A stretch of 64,000 nucleotides of DNA, taken from the IMG/VR virus record IMGVR_UViG_2832949849_000001, positions 16,597-80,596 of that record. One strand, 5' to 3'. The DNA comes from a virus. Its lineage: Duplodnaviria; Caudoviricetes. Shown here in pieces: positions 22,828 to 35,228 of this stretch. Positions within the stretch are counted from its first letter, which is position 1. Each line of letters begins with the position of its first letter. The notes under the pieces were generated by a model. The model was not told the DNA's origin and did not search any database. It saw only the letters and a list, made by a program, of their open reading frames with translations. A program made the translations under genes and the position numbers.

Positions 22828-22902
22828 AGGGAACTCACAATCAAATCTATTGGGATGCTTGGATAATAAGCCCACCAACCACCCTTAAATTGAGCGTTCC
22901 CC
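22828..22902. promoter_or_regulatory. Overlapping divergent late promoters
   Basis: Plus strand AGGGAACTC-N25-GATAAT; minus strand GGGGAACGC-N25-TATTAT; the -10 boxes overlap at 22862-22868. Confidence 0.6.
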
Positions 22903-23376
22903 ATGTCACAAGAAGTGATGATTCGTGCCTCGTTTGGCAGCTATGAAGGCAAACCCGTAGGCATTTTGTCTATGGTGATGGACATTGATGGCAAACCAAC
23001 TTTGATTTGCACCCAAGAAGAAACGCCACCTAAGTTTGGTTTACAGGACGGCTTTATCTTGATCACTGATTTAGATGGTATTGGTGCCACCTTATTGTTT
23101 GACCAAACCCAATTCATCACTGCCATTGAGGCATACAAAGAGCTCAAAGCCAAAGGCACGATTGTATTGGAGCCTAGTTTACAAAAACACGACGTGTCCG
23201 ATTCGGTACAGATTGCAGGCTTGAAAGATTCAGGCCGCTTCAATTATCAGGTTCAAAACGTCGGCAATGGCGCAGCTGCCATCTTGGCCACAGCACTGTA
23301 TTTCAAAAAATACTGTGGTACCCAAACTGTTTTATCTGGCATGAAAGGCTTCATGAACATGCTGACCACTGTTTAA
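22903..23376 (+). CDS. Hypothetical phage protein
   Basis: 157-aa ORF behind the late-promoter motif. Confidence 0.6.
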   Translation: MSQEVMIRASFGSYEGKPVGILSMVMDIDGKPTLICTQEETPPKFGLQDGFILITDLDGIGATLLFDQTQFITAIEAYKELKAKGTIVLEPSLQKHDVSDSVQIAGLKDSGRFNYQVQNVGNGAAAILATALYFKKYCGTQTVLSGMKGFMNMLTTV

Positions 23377-23431
23377 AGCGCCTTTTTAACACTAAGACAC
23401 TTACCGTTAATTTGACCCATAGAGATTTGCC

Positions 23432-23755
23432 ATGACGACCAACACTTATCCAAATAACTTTCAATTATCGTTGATTGACGAAATGGTGGCCATTGAGGGT
23501 ATCCAAGACACCACCGAATTTCAGGACGCTTTGCATGCTGCAGCCAAATCATCATTAGAGGCTTTGCAATCTCAAGCCAAAAACCGTGTGGTGTACGTAC
23601 TTTGCGGCTCAGATACAGGCATTGAGATGCTGCAGCGTGTGGCCGCTCAATATGGGATGGATTATTTTGAATGTGTGAAGCTGCATACAGAGGCAACCAT
23701 GCCTGCTGAGGTTTTACGGGGGCTGCAGTTTATGAATTTGGTTGGGTATTTTTGA
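23432..23755 (+). CDS. Hypothetical phage protein
   Basis: 107-aa ORF followed by a terminator. Confidence 0.55.
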   Translation: MTTNTYPNNFQLSLIDEMVAIEGIQDTTEFQDALHAAAKSSLEALQSQAKNRVVYVLCGSDTGIEMLQRVAAQYGMDYFECVKLHTEATMPAEVLRGLQFMNLVGYF

Positions 23756-23780
23756 GTATGACGAATATTAAAAATATAGA

Positions 23781-23808
23781 AAAACGCCACCAAATTGGTG
23801 GCGTTTTT
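23781..23808. terminator. Bidirectional terminator (second copy at 24747-24770)
   Basis: AAAACGCCACCAAATTGGTGGCGTTTT. Confidence 0.7.
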
Positions 23809-24914
23809 TGTCTTTGAATTTACGCTGCTGCTTTTAAATTCTGATTAATGATAATCGTTACAATTTCATCACATTTTTTTTCAACTTGTAAAGATAAAGA
23901 CTCTAATTCATCTAATAATGAATTGATTTGATCATATGTATTTTGCATGTTAATACTCCTTAAGTTAGTTTAAAACTGCTGTTGCTCCAGCAATTTAAAT
24001 AATTTGTCACATTCATCTAAGTCATTATTCGACATTGCAACCATAATTGACTCAAGTTGCAACACAACCTGTTTTGAATTGATAAGCGCCTTTTCAATCT
24101 CATAACTTTGCTCATGAGAAACAAAACAGGAGTCAAATTAGATAGGCTATCAAGTCTAACTAACATTGTTTTAAGTATTACTATAATCTGATCAACACTA
24201 GGAGTTACACACCCATTAACTAAATTATAGTTATAACCATTATTATTAATGGCACCCAATACTTTTTGGGCACTAGAATATGTTTTTCCCAAACATTCTC
24301 TGCTACTTCTAAGACTCTTTTTGTTATTTTTTGGTTCTGTTGATTCATAATGTAGACCTAATTTTTTGAAAATTAGAATACCTAATAAAAATCAAAATGT
24401 TATCCAGAATATTGTACAGTTTGTTTATATTGCCTGCAATAACTATAAAATACAGCCAAATTATTATTTTAAATTTATTTAAGTAGCCCAATTAAATATG
24501 TTTAATAAAAATCACTTTAGTAAGTAAGAGATACAATATATCTGAAAGCTTATTATTATGATAATCGCATTATCATAAATTAGGTTTAATATTATAAACA
24601 TTGTTGTATTTAAGCAAATTGAGATTATTTTCAAGTAACTTGCTTTCATATCCCGTTCAACTAGACAATGTCAACAATGAGCATTTTTATTTCCAAGTAA
24701 TAATAAATATATTCAAATGTAATAACATACTAATGTTATTTATAAAAAAACGCCACCAAATCGGTGGCGTCTTTCATTCATCCTCAGTCCAAACTCTAAC
24801 CCAAATCCTCGCCTCCATATCCTCATCAAACATGGACCAATTAGTACCTTCATCATCAATGGTGAATTCAAGCGTGCCTGCAAACCAAGTTTCAGGGTAA
24901 AATCCTTGAAGCCT

Positions 24915-27900
24915 TCAGCAGCTGCAATCAATGCTGCAGGTGAATCTCCAACACTCACACCATCCCTCAACAAACTGCCCCACAAACCTTTCAAACCTTG
25001 CCTTAATTCGTGTCAAAGTGGATTCGCGTTCTAAAATTCTTGGCACAAAAGACAAGCTCTTGGCGATTTCATCATCACGCGGCATGGTATTGGTAAAAAT
25101 AAAGCTTTCGACCATTGTTTGGAAGCATTCATCTTTCAATTGCTCTTCTTCTACCAATCATGAATGGCTTGCTGTTTTTCTTGCTCCCAAAAGTCTGCAA
25201 AAGCTGTATCAAACGCCTCACTTGATTGAATGCCTGGCAACACTTCTTGCACAAATTTTTCAAGCAACGGCAACTTCACCCGCAATTTAGGTTCTTTAGA
25301 GGCAATGTCCAAAATGGCTTGAACTTTGCGCATAAAGGTTTCTTGTCCTGAAATCCAATCGCTATGGTCTTCATCGGCCACGCCTTTGAGTAGATTCAGA
25401 ATGTAGGCGACGTTGATGATGTCGGTATGGATCAACTCAGTTTCAAAATCCAACTCGTCCAGAACCGAAGTTTTGGCGGCTGGTGCGTCAGTAGGAATTT
25501 TCTTATGGCGTTTGACCTTGTCGTACAAGTCCAAGTATTTCGATTTGAAACCTTCAAATGTATTGTCGTCCATCGCCAAATCGTCTGTATTGAAGTCGGA
25601 GAACGATTTTAACGTTGTTTGCAAACGCAATAAGTCACGATAGGCTTTTACAAACTCAGCTTGTTCATTTTCATCAGCCAAAGCATCCACGCTTTGTACC
25701 GTCGGAGTAATACCCAATAAAGCATCCACAGCCTTGTGATATTTGGCCAAATACTCACTGTATGGCTGCAACAGCACTGTTTCATTAGCATTGGTATTGG
25801 CAAACAAGGTGACAGCCTCATCGGTCTTGTCTTTCAAATTGCGAAAACAAACGATGTTGCCATGGGTTTTGGAAGCATTGTAAATGCGATTGGTACGTGA
25901 AAAAGCTTGAATCAAACCGTGGTATTTCAGGTTTTTATCCACATACAAGGTGTTCAAAGTTTTGGCATCAAAACCGGTCAAGAACATGTTCACCACCAGC
26001 AAAATATCGATTTGCGCCTCTTGTGGCTGTTTGGCGTGTTTCTCAACTCGTTTGGTGATGTCTTGGTAGTAGTTGTAAAAGCTTGCAGTATCTTTCAAAC
26101 TGAACTGTGAACCGTATTGCTGATTGTAATTGGCAATGAAACGTTCCAAATGGTCACGACTGACTTGAGGCTGCTCACCATCATCACCCATGTCTTGCTG
26201 CCCATCTTTGTTCTCAGCTTCATTGGCGGCATAGCTGAAAATGGTCGCTACCTTCAACTTCCGATAATTAGGATTATTCGCCAAAGCTTCAGCTTGGACT
26301 TTCTCAAACAACTGGTAATACTTGATCAAAGCCTGCACACTGCTGACACAGAAAATGGCATTGAATTGATAACGGTTGGTTTTCTTTGGATGTGCATCCA
26401 CAATATAACGAACAATTTTCTCCAAACGGCGCTCGTCTTCCAAAGTCTCTTTACTGGCCGTGGTTTGAATATGGTCAGTTACATCTTCATCTTCGGGCTC
26501 TAAGTCTGAAACAATGTCCAATTCATTGTTAGAAACCCGCTCTTGGGCTTTTTCTTGGTATTTACCCACGTATTCAACCGAAAAACGCAACACATTGTCG
26601 TCACGAATGGCATCGGTAATCACGTATTTGTGCAAACACTCATTGAACAAGTCTTTGGTGGTCTGAGGGATGCCATTGGCTCGACTGACGTTCTCTTCTA
26701 AAATTGGCGTACCTGTGAAGCCAAACATCTGTACTTTGGTGAAAAACTTTTTGATATTCTGATGGGTTTGGCCAAACTGACTTCGATGGCATTCATCGAA
26801 AATGAACACCACTTTCTTATCTTGCAAATACGAAATCTGATTTAAATATTTTGGACTAGTCACCGCAATATTCAGCTTTTGCAAAGTGGTGACAATCAGC
26901 TTTTTCTTGCCGCCTTGCGCTTGGCTATCTGTAATTTGCTTAATCAACGACGACGTGTTGGTGGTCGTATCCACACAACCATCAGTATAATGATTGAATT
27001 CAATTGCTGTTTTGTAATCAAGGTCTTTGCGATCGACCACAAACATCACCAAATCCACTTCTGGCAAGGTCTGTATCACTTGGCTGACCTTAAACGAGGT
27101 TAAGGTTTTGCCTGAGCCTGTGGTATGCCAAATGTAAGCGTTTTGATTCGATAACTTGGCTCGCTCAATCAAGGCCTCCGCCGCATAAAACTGATACGGA
27201 CGAAACAGCATCAACACTTTGTCACCATGATTCAACACTGTGTAATGCGTGATCATCTTTGCCACATGGCAAGGGCGCAAAAAGTGATCAGAAAACTGGT
27301 GTAAGTCCGAATAAATATTATTGTCTTTGTCTGCCCAAGAGAAAGTAAAATCGAAGCTGGCTTGGTGGTTGTTGGCAAAATACTTGGTACTGGCACCATT
27401 GCTGATGACATAAATCTGCGTGTACAAGAACAAACCATGACCCACCCAATACGAATCACGGTGGTAACGGTCGATTTGATTGAACGCCTCTTTCAAATCC
27501 ACACCCAAACGCTTGAGCTCAATTTGCACCAAAGGCAAACCATTGATCAAAATCGTCACATCAAAACGGGTTTTATAGGTATTTTGTTGGGGATTGTGTA
27601 TTGTCACTTGTTGTGTGACTTGGAATTCGTTTTGACACCAATGTTCTTGGTTGATGAATTGAATGCTATGGGTATCACCATTGTCGCGTTGCAATTGGTA
27701 ACGACTGCGCAAAATCTGCGCCCGTTCAAACACCGTACTGCCTTGGCTCAAATAATTAAGCACCAAATGAAACTCTCGCTCGCTCAAAGGTGTGGTGAGT
27801 TCATTGAATACTTCCAATTGCCGTTTGAGATTGCGCAACATGGTCGCTTCATCAGGCAAAGCCACCAAGTCATAACCCAAACCACTTTTGCTATCACCCG

Positions 27901-27961
27901 TACCAGCCAATTGTACCAATAAGGCTTTTTCCAATTCGTATTCGCTTTGAACCAAACCCAC
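24915..27961 (-). CDS. hsdR: Type I restriction endonuclease subunit R (C-terminal frameshift near 25155; 3' end approximate)
   Basis: QIELK nuclease motif, WHTTGSGKT, DECHRSQFG, FGFTGTP, MFLTGFDA, QAFSRTNR. Confidence 0.95.
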
Positions 27962-28081
27962 TTCCCCTTATATTTTAAGCTTAATCTTTTTATTTAGATG
28001 ATACTGTCATCATTCACAGTATAAAACATGCTCAGAGGATTTTGTAAGCATCTGGGCATGTTTTGGTCGTTAACTTAAAAA

Positions 28082-29102
28082 TTAAGCTGCTCTAGCCGCT
28101 TCAACTTTCATCAAAATCCGCATTAATGTCACCACTTCATTACAGACTTCAGTTAAGTCAAAGTCTCCACCCTCCCAAGCGCATACCCAATAACGACCAT
28201 TAATTTCAGCCCAAGTATTGTCTCCATCATTAACTATCCAAGATAACTTCTTCAACTCTTTACAAGCCAATTTCACCAATGCGTCTGTTTGTTTATCAAT
28301 ACGAATTTGTAAACTATATTGCAAAGGTTTCTCATCGATATGTAAATTAACAACCACTTCAGTCCATGTTGGACAATGATTATTAGCAAAACGCAAAGCA
28401 GGACCATTTGGCCAAGTATGCACCCGATAATGAACTTCATAACCTTTTAATTGGTTTTCCAACGCCTCAGTAATGTGATCACGGACATGTCGATAAAAAT
28501 CATCACGCAACGTCACCATTTTCTTAATGTCACCCAAATGCTCAACCACAAAATCCACTTGCTGCTCATTCATCACATCCACCCCCAATTGTTCCAATGC
28601 ATTAAAAATTCCCGCGCAAACAAAGTCCATTTGTTATACGGCTGGTTTAACAAAGCCTCTGCCAACAACGGCCTAGTGTGCGTTGCCAATGTGCGATAAG
28701 ACAGCCCTGTCCAAGCTGCAGCATGGCTTTTTCCATCCACACACAAAATCAAAAACACCTGTTTTTGCCTGGATAATGTTGGCGAACATAGCGTTCATAA
28801 TCAGTAAACGGATTGTTTTGATGGTGACCAATTTTGCATTCAATCGCCAACACTGCCTGATCGGTTTCAATCAACAAATCAATGCGCCCCTTACTGGTCA
28901 CCACCTCGGTGTGTACGTTTTGCACATCGCCCCAAGCCTCGGTATCCGATTGTGCCACGCCACACTCACGCAAAGCCGCCAACAAGCCTTGGTAAAACAC
29001 CCCGTTTAATCCATGCTCATTTTCTGAATTTAAAAAAAACGCCAACAACTCTGTGGTCGGGTTTTCATAATGCTTGCGCAAAGCCGTATCAAAAAACGTC
29101 AT
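28082..29102 (-). CDS. PD-(D/E)XK nuclease family protein (frameshifted) between hsdS and hsdR
   Basis: ENPTTELLAFFLN...HGL and GRIDLLI...AIECKI...NNPF..Y motifs. Confidence 0.75.
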
Positions 29103-29324
29103 TTCTTTTTACTCGTGTGCAAAGACTTCGCTTGCTCCAACACGCTTTGCAAACGTGATAATTCATCTACAGCCACATCGATACTGTCCATACAGCTTGT
29201 CCCTTATTGGTTTTGAAATATTGTTTTATTTACAGGCCGCTTTAGTAAGCGTCCTGTAAGCTTTACAAGCGTCCTGTAAAAACAGCCAAAGCGCAGGGCT
29301 GCGGCTTTGGCTGTTTTTAAACGC

Positions 29325-30616
29325 TCACACAAACATCTGTTGCAACAAACCTTGCTTCCACACACGCGCTTGTTCCAATTGCTGCGCCAAAGCGTCGATT
29401 TTGGCATCAATGGATGAAAGGCAGGCGGCGATTTTGGTCTGCTCTGCAAGAGTTGGTATTTTTATTTCTACCTTGCCTAAATTAGTTTTAGATATACCCA
29501 ATACAGAAATACCTGTAGCCAATTTTTGAATTTGTGCACGAACTGCCAAAGTTTGCATTAAGTAACCATGAAATCCCAAAGCAAAGTCCTGTTTCGGTCT
29601 AGCAATATAAGTATGCAAACCTGCAACAAGTTTTTGATTGCCTAAATTCACTATTTCGATGGTTTTACCAATATCTTTATAATCTTCAGAAGCATCTGCA
29701 ATGACCAAATCACCAACTCTTAAAAACCGCTCTTCATCTAATTTGCTAATCTCAACCTCAGCACTTAGAAAAGGTACTTTTTCCTTAGTCGCATCAAACA
29801 AGCTAGAAAATTTTGTATGAATATCCCCATAATGAATATTCATAATTTCACCCTGTTCAGATAACAAAGCTCTCGAGTAAGAATTTGTCTGATGAAAAGT
29901 AAATTTTTCAGAAAATATTGTGGTTTTCCAATCAGGAAAATCCTGACCATTATCGTCCTGAAAGCGAAGCTTTGGCTGAACAATTGCTGCATCATGCCTT
30001 GCTTGTATTGCTGCCACAAATCATGTTCTTGGCGCAAAGCCGCGATTTTGTCATCCACCGCAGATAGAAAAGAAGCGATTTTGGTTTGTTCTTGTAGACA
30101 AGGTATATTTAACTCAACATTCCCTAAATTTCCTTTTGAAATACCTAAAACCGAAATCCCTGTTGCTAATTTTTGTATTTGCTCTCGAACCTTAAAAGTT
30201 TGCATCAAATAACTATTAAATCCCAAAGCACTAGGTGAATTTGGACGGGCAATATAAGTATGCAGCCCAGCTACAGCTTTTGGTTATTTAAGTTCACTAC
30301 TTCAATGGTTTTACCAATATCTTTATAATCTTCTGAAGCATCAGCAATGATTAAGTCTTTTACTTGTAAAAATTGGTTTGTAGCAATTTTTGTGTGTCCA
30401 CTTTACAGCTTAAGAAGGGCACGTCTTCCTTAGCTACATCAAACAAAGCAGAAAATTTCGTATGAATATCACCATAATGAATATTCATGATACTACCTTG
30501 CTCAGCCAATAACGCTCTTGAGTAAGAATTTGTATTATGAAAAGTAAATTTTCAGAAAATTTATGTACTTCCCAAGCGTCCTGAAACCCCTTAAACCTCA
30601 ACTTAGGCACATTCAT
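29325..30616 (-). CDS. hsdS: Type I R-M specificity subunit with two paralogous TRDs (frameshifted)
   Basis: VPKLRF, EQTKIA and KQG(M/L)(M/L)QQ conserved regions; start overlaps the hsdM stop. Confidence 0.88.
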
Positions 30617-32198
30617 TTGCTGCCCTCCGCAAACGGGTTTTCAATGCCCAATTCGCTGCAAAAATCGGTAATTTGTGCTTCTATCGCCACGCTGTCGGCT
30701 TTCACTTGGCGCAAAGCCGCTGCCACTGCGCTCAAATCAATCGCCGCTTCCGCTTCAAACGTATCCACATATCGGGGAATATTAAGGTTGTAATCATTGG
30801 CTTTAATAGACTCGATACTTGCCACAGATGCGTATTTGTCTTCGCTTTGGCGTGTGTTCAAAGCCGTTACAATGCGCTCGATGTGTTCGGGCAAGAGTTT
30901 GTTTTGGGTTTTGACTTTTTCAAAATCGTTGCTGGCATCAATGAACACAATATCATTCGGATTTTGACGGCATTTTTTCAACACCAAAATACAGGTTGGT
31001 ATGCTGGTGCCGTAGAATAAATTGGCAGGCAAGCCAATAATGGCATCAATCACATTCAATTGCTCAATTAAGTATTGGCGTATGTGCCCTTCTGCCGCGC
31101 CACGGAACAACACGCCATGCGGTAACACAATCGCCGCTGTACCCTCTTCTGACAATTGATAAACAATGTGCTGCACAAACGCCAAATCGGCTTTGGTTTT
31201 AGGCGCAAGCTTGCCGTATTGGCTGAAACGCTCATCGGTACTGGACAGCATCGGGTCAGCGCTCCAATGCGCTGAAAACGGCGGATTGGCGACAATGGCA
31301 TCAAAGCGCAAATCCAAGTGTTGCGGCTTTTTCAAGGTGTCATCTTGCTTGATTTCAAAATCGGCAAAATGCACGTCGTGTAGCAACATGTTCATGCGGG
31401 CCAAGTTGTAAGTGGTGCGGTTGAGTTCTTGACCGTAAATCTTGGAAATTTTGTTGGCTTCACGTTTCACACGCAACAACAACGAGCCCGAACCACAAGT
31501 TGGGTCGTACACATTGCGTAGCTCGGTATTGTTCACCGTTACCAAACGCGCCAACAAAGTCGATACTGGTTGCGGCGTGTAAAATTCGCCTGCTTTTTTG
31601 CCTGCACCTGAAGCAAACTCACCAATCAAGTATTCATATGCATCACCCAACACATCGCTATCAGTATTGGCCAAATCAAAATCAATCAAAGCCAAACGCT
31701 GAATGATTTGTACGATGGTCTCATTGCGATCGTCGGCTGTTTTGCCCAATTTGGTTGAGGTCAAATCCAAATCATCAAACAAATGACTGAAATCGTCAGC
31801 TGAATCCGTACCTAAAGTCGATTGCTCAATGTTGCGCAACACTTGTTGCAAGTCATCCAAAATATAACCTGCGCCACTGCTGTCTTGTTTAGAACGTTCG
31901 GCAATGCTTTGGAACAATTCCGCAGGCGTTAAGAAGTAGCCCAACTCTTTGACGATGCTGTTTTTAACGGCACTGATATAAGCGTTGTAATGTTCATCAC
32001 TTGGCTTGAGTTGGTCGTAAATCAAGTTGTCTGATACCAATATCTTATTGGCATAAGCAACCATTTTTTCAGACAGGTATTTGTAGAAATAAAGCCCAAG
32101 ATGTAATCACGGAATTCATCGGCATTCATTTTGCCGCGCAAAGCATCGGCAATGCTCCACAATTGGCGTTGCAGTTGGCGTAGTTGTTCTTCTGACAT
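30613..32198 (-). CDS. hsdM: Type I R-M methyltransferase subunit (frameshift near 32090)
   Basis: LWSIADALRG, GEFYTP, YDPTCGSGSLL, ANPPFS and VLPHGVLFRG motifs. Confidence 0.95.
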
Positions 32199-32424
32199 GT
32201 TTGGTATCTTTATATTGAGTCAGGCTTGACCTGAATGGGTTATTCGATTTTGGCTGATTATAGCCCAAGGTTTGTTTAGGTGGCGTGAGGTATGAATACT
32301 ATTTCAACTTTATGCAATCATACCAATAGCATTAAAAACGTTACTTATTTGATTTGTTTTGATTCATAAAAAGCGTCCTGTAACCCTACAGGACGCCACC
32401 ATTTCATCTATTCAAACCAAAGCA

Positions 32425-33255
32425 TTACTTATAAATTCCCACCGCTTTACGCCAATCTTTTTGGCTCTCGTAATCAGCAGCCCAAGGATAATCACGCATC
32501 GTCGTGTGATTCAACGCCACCATATCATGTTTTCTGCCAAAGTTTTGCGTATGGATCCATACAACTTTGAAATGTTCGCTCACTGAGCTGACCATTTTAG
32601 GATTGATGACGCTCAAAGCCATTTTGTAATGGTTGAACCAACAGAAAATCCAATCCATGCTTTGGGCGGCATTGACCAAGTTTTTGACTTGATGTTCTTC
32701 TAAAACGTATCCACTTGGCTTTTCAGTGGTGAGCAACAAGCGGTGCAAGTATTCAGTAGCCTCGCCAACTTGTTCCAAAGTCAACTCATCAATACTGGAT
32801 ACATTGAAACGCTGATGCACTAATTTGTAAGCATCAGGATACAACAAACCTTTTTTACTGACCACGGCATTGACCGCATCACGCAAACCTGTGCGTTCGT
32901 CTGTGGTGGTTGAGCGTCCTGTAAACTTCTGTGCTTCGGTTTCGATTAAATCCAACACCCATTTGCGGAATTGTTTGGCAATTTCAGTTTTGGCAAACAT
33001 TGCAACCAAATGACAACCTCGCAAACTGAAAATTCTCACAGGCATCATAATATTACCCGTTTTCCTAATGACACTCATTTGAGGGTCATTGACATACTGC
33101 TTGAAATTCATCTTCATTGCGATTAAAATTTGCGTAACTGCATCGGCTTTTTTATAGCCTAATGCATTAGCCAATTCAGTAGCAGTAATCCAAATTTGAT
33201 TGTCAGGTTGCGAAACAGGATTCAAAGAAACTTGATTGAAAGTCAGTGCGTTCAT
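32425..33255 (-). CDS. Bro-N / P22 Ant-like antirepressor
   Basis: IWITATELANALGY, RIFSLRGCHLVAMFAKT, FRKWVLDL and LVHQRFNV motifs. Confidence 0.85.
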   Translation of the reverse strand: MNALTFNQVSLNPVSQPDNQIWITATELANALGYKKADAVTQILIAMKMNFKQYVNDPQMSVIRKTGNIMMPVRIFSLRGCHLVAMFAKTEIAKQFRKWVLDLIETEAQKFTGRSTTTDERTGLRDAVNAVVSKKGLLYPDAYKLVHQRFNVSSIDELTLEQVGEATEYLHRLLLTTEKPSGYVLEEHQVKNLVNAAQSMDWIFCWFNHYKMALSVINPKMVSSVSEHFKVVWIHTQNFGRKHDMVALNHTTMRDYPWAADYESQKDWRKAVGIYK

Positions 33256-33300
33256 GATGAACACTCCTTTGTAATTTTCGAAATTTAAAAGCCCAATTGG

Positions 33301-33384
33301 GCGGTCAAGAGGTTCGAAAGCCTTACAAAGACGGCTGGAGTTATTTCCCTTACGGGTATTGTATTCCTCACCCTCTCGACCATG
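33301..33384 (-). ncRNA. C4-like antisense RNA upstream of the antirepressor
   Basis: Closing stem GGTCGAGAGG/CCTCTTGACC; the segment CTTTGTAA...TTTCGA is complementary to sites at 33467-33485 and 33267-33282, the latter abutting the RBS. Confidence 0.75.
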
Positions 33385-33890
33385 ATTTTGACGCACTACT
33401 GCCTAAACAATAGATACACGAATTCTATGGACGAAAAATATCACTCAATGACGGCAGTGATGACCGCTTTGTAAAAAGGTTTCGACACCTTGAGCGCATC
33501 ATAAAACAAAAAACCACCTGTGCAAGGTGGTTTGGGTTGATAACATCCATTAAATAGGAGGCAAATTATAGTGGCTCACCTTTTTGAATGATTGAGTACT
33601 TTTAAAGACTTTTGCCATTCGAGGTATTCGCTTTGAATCTTTGGCTTTTTAAATTTATCATTTAAAGTTACCAAATCATGGCTATCATAGCCGAGGTTTT
33701 GTTGAGCATATAATGTAAAGCTTTTAATTGACAACATGGATGTTCCCTATGAGTTGATATGGTCAGCAGACAGCACAAATCAAAATTTCGCTTCAGTTGG
33801 CTTTTAGAATCATTGTGCTAATAAATAACCCGTCTATGAAGACGGGTTGATGAACACCAATTTACTTCACTACATTTAAATTAAATGTAA

Positions 33891-34106
33891 TTAAGCAATG
33901 GCTTGAATATTAGTGGCTTGAGGGCCTTTAGGTCCAGACTCACTGTTAAAGCTTACTCGTTGATTTTCAGCTAAGGTACGAAAGCCTTCGCTTGTAATAG
34001 CTGAAAAGTGTGCAAATAACTCAGCACCTCCGTTATCAGGTGTGATGAAACCAAAGCCTTTAGAATCGTTGAACCATTTTACTGTACCAGTTTGTTGAGT
34101 CGACAT
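33891..34106 (-). CDS. cspA: Cold-shock protein (moron)
   Basis: [23 protein letters not shown] and KGPQA motifs; own terminator at about 33827-33848. Confidence 0.93.
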   Translation of the reverse strand: MSTQQTGTVKWFNDSKGFGFITPDNGGAELFAHFSAITSEGFRTLAENQRVSFNSESGPKGPQATNIQAIA

Positions 34107-34350
34107 TTAATCATTCCTTTTATGTTTATATAACAATATTAAGGTTTACTTAATAAAAACTGAACCTGATAACTTAAAGAAACAATCAATAGAAACTAAC
34201 AAATTTATGATAGTAAAATATCTTGGAGACCTATAGAAAGACAGAGATAAGTGAATTCATTACTAAACCAACTTTTTCAGTATAACCCATATATCAAAAG
34301 ATAAGTTTTTTATTTTCAATATATTATTTCAAGCTATCAATAATTTATTA

Positions 34351-34517
34351 GGGCGTGCCCCTATTTCACCCAACGAAACAAAATGGTCTAGTCCTATTGT
34401 ATGAATATGAAATGGTATTTTTTGGCTGATTTAATCGCTTAATTTGGGAAAATTTCAGTATAAATTACACTGAGGCGGCTTCAATTATTGAGTAGTGCTT
34501 GAAATGAGGATACGCCC
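34351..34517. mobile_element. 167-bp MITE-like element
   Basis: Imperfect TIRs GGGCGTGCCCCTATTTCA / TGAAATGAGGATACGCCC flanked by TA; no ORF. Confidence 0.65.
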
Positions 34518-34838
34518 TAATATCCGACTCTCAGCAATATAATTTTCTATCACCTTTTCATCCCAAAAGATTGAAATTGACATTTCACCCTATCTAATTA
34601 AAATCCCAATAGATTCTTGCTCCCAACATACGCTGGCGAAGAGGAGGTTTATGTTGCGTAGGTATGAGTTTTCATCTGGCACTCTCATATTCACCAAGAA
34701 TCCCCATTTTCTTTTAAACAGTCGCGCCCATGATGCAACGTGTCAGTGTAGATGCATCATGCGTAGGAATGAGCATCCCATATCTGTACTCATCTCCATC
34801 GACTGTTTCTCAATACCACATGAAGTGAGATTTTGACA

Positions 34839-35228
34839 CTTCTAAGCGGCCTGTATGGCCGTGAACAACATCTGGGCAAAAGTAAAAACTGGCGAAACTT
34901 TCTAAGCGGCCTGTATGGCCGTGAACACAAAAGAATTGGAAACTTTGGGCATGACTGCTTTCTAAGCGGCCTGTATGGCCGTGAACACGGAAACCATTTC
35001 TAAAGCGGGTGTCATGTCGTTTCTAAGCGGCCTGTATGGCCGTGAACCCTTGGTTTCGATTGCGCCAACTCCAATCACCTTTCTAAGCGGCCTGTATGGC
35101 CGTGAACACACATAGAGTCTGGCAAGATTTACAGTGTTGATTTCTAAGCGGCCTGTATGGCCGTGAACAATTGCGCCAAGACACGGCGATTAGAGCGCAT
35201 TTTCTAAGCGGCCTGTATGGCCGTGAAC
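34839..35228 (-). CRISPR. Type I-F CRISPR array: 7 repeats (GTTCACGGCCATACAGGCCGCTTAGAAA) and 6 spacers of 32-33 nt
   Basis: 28-bp repeats at 34839 (1 mismatch, trailer), 34899, 34959, 35020, 35080, 35141 and 35201; CGGCC-ATACA-GGCCG hairpin. Confidence 0.97.

Noticed and set aside
29231-29242. 12-nt match TACAGGCCGCTT to the CRISPR repeat
   Set aside because: Better explained as a one-mismatch inverted copy of the AAGCGTCCTGTA motif pairing with the copy at 29247
34520-34838. Possible cas remnant next to the array trailer, including ORF 34651-34836
   Set aside because: No recognisable Cas motif; short interrupted frames
35108-35140. Spacer resembling rdgC near 61666 (HIESGKIY versus HLESGKIC)
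   Set aside because: Only about 17 of 24 nt match and the rest is unrelated; not credible self-targeting
34867-35200. All spacers read as plausible peptides on the plus strand (possible strand bias)
   Set aside because: 32-mers usually have an open frame; cannot be supported without protospacer hits
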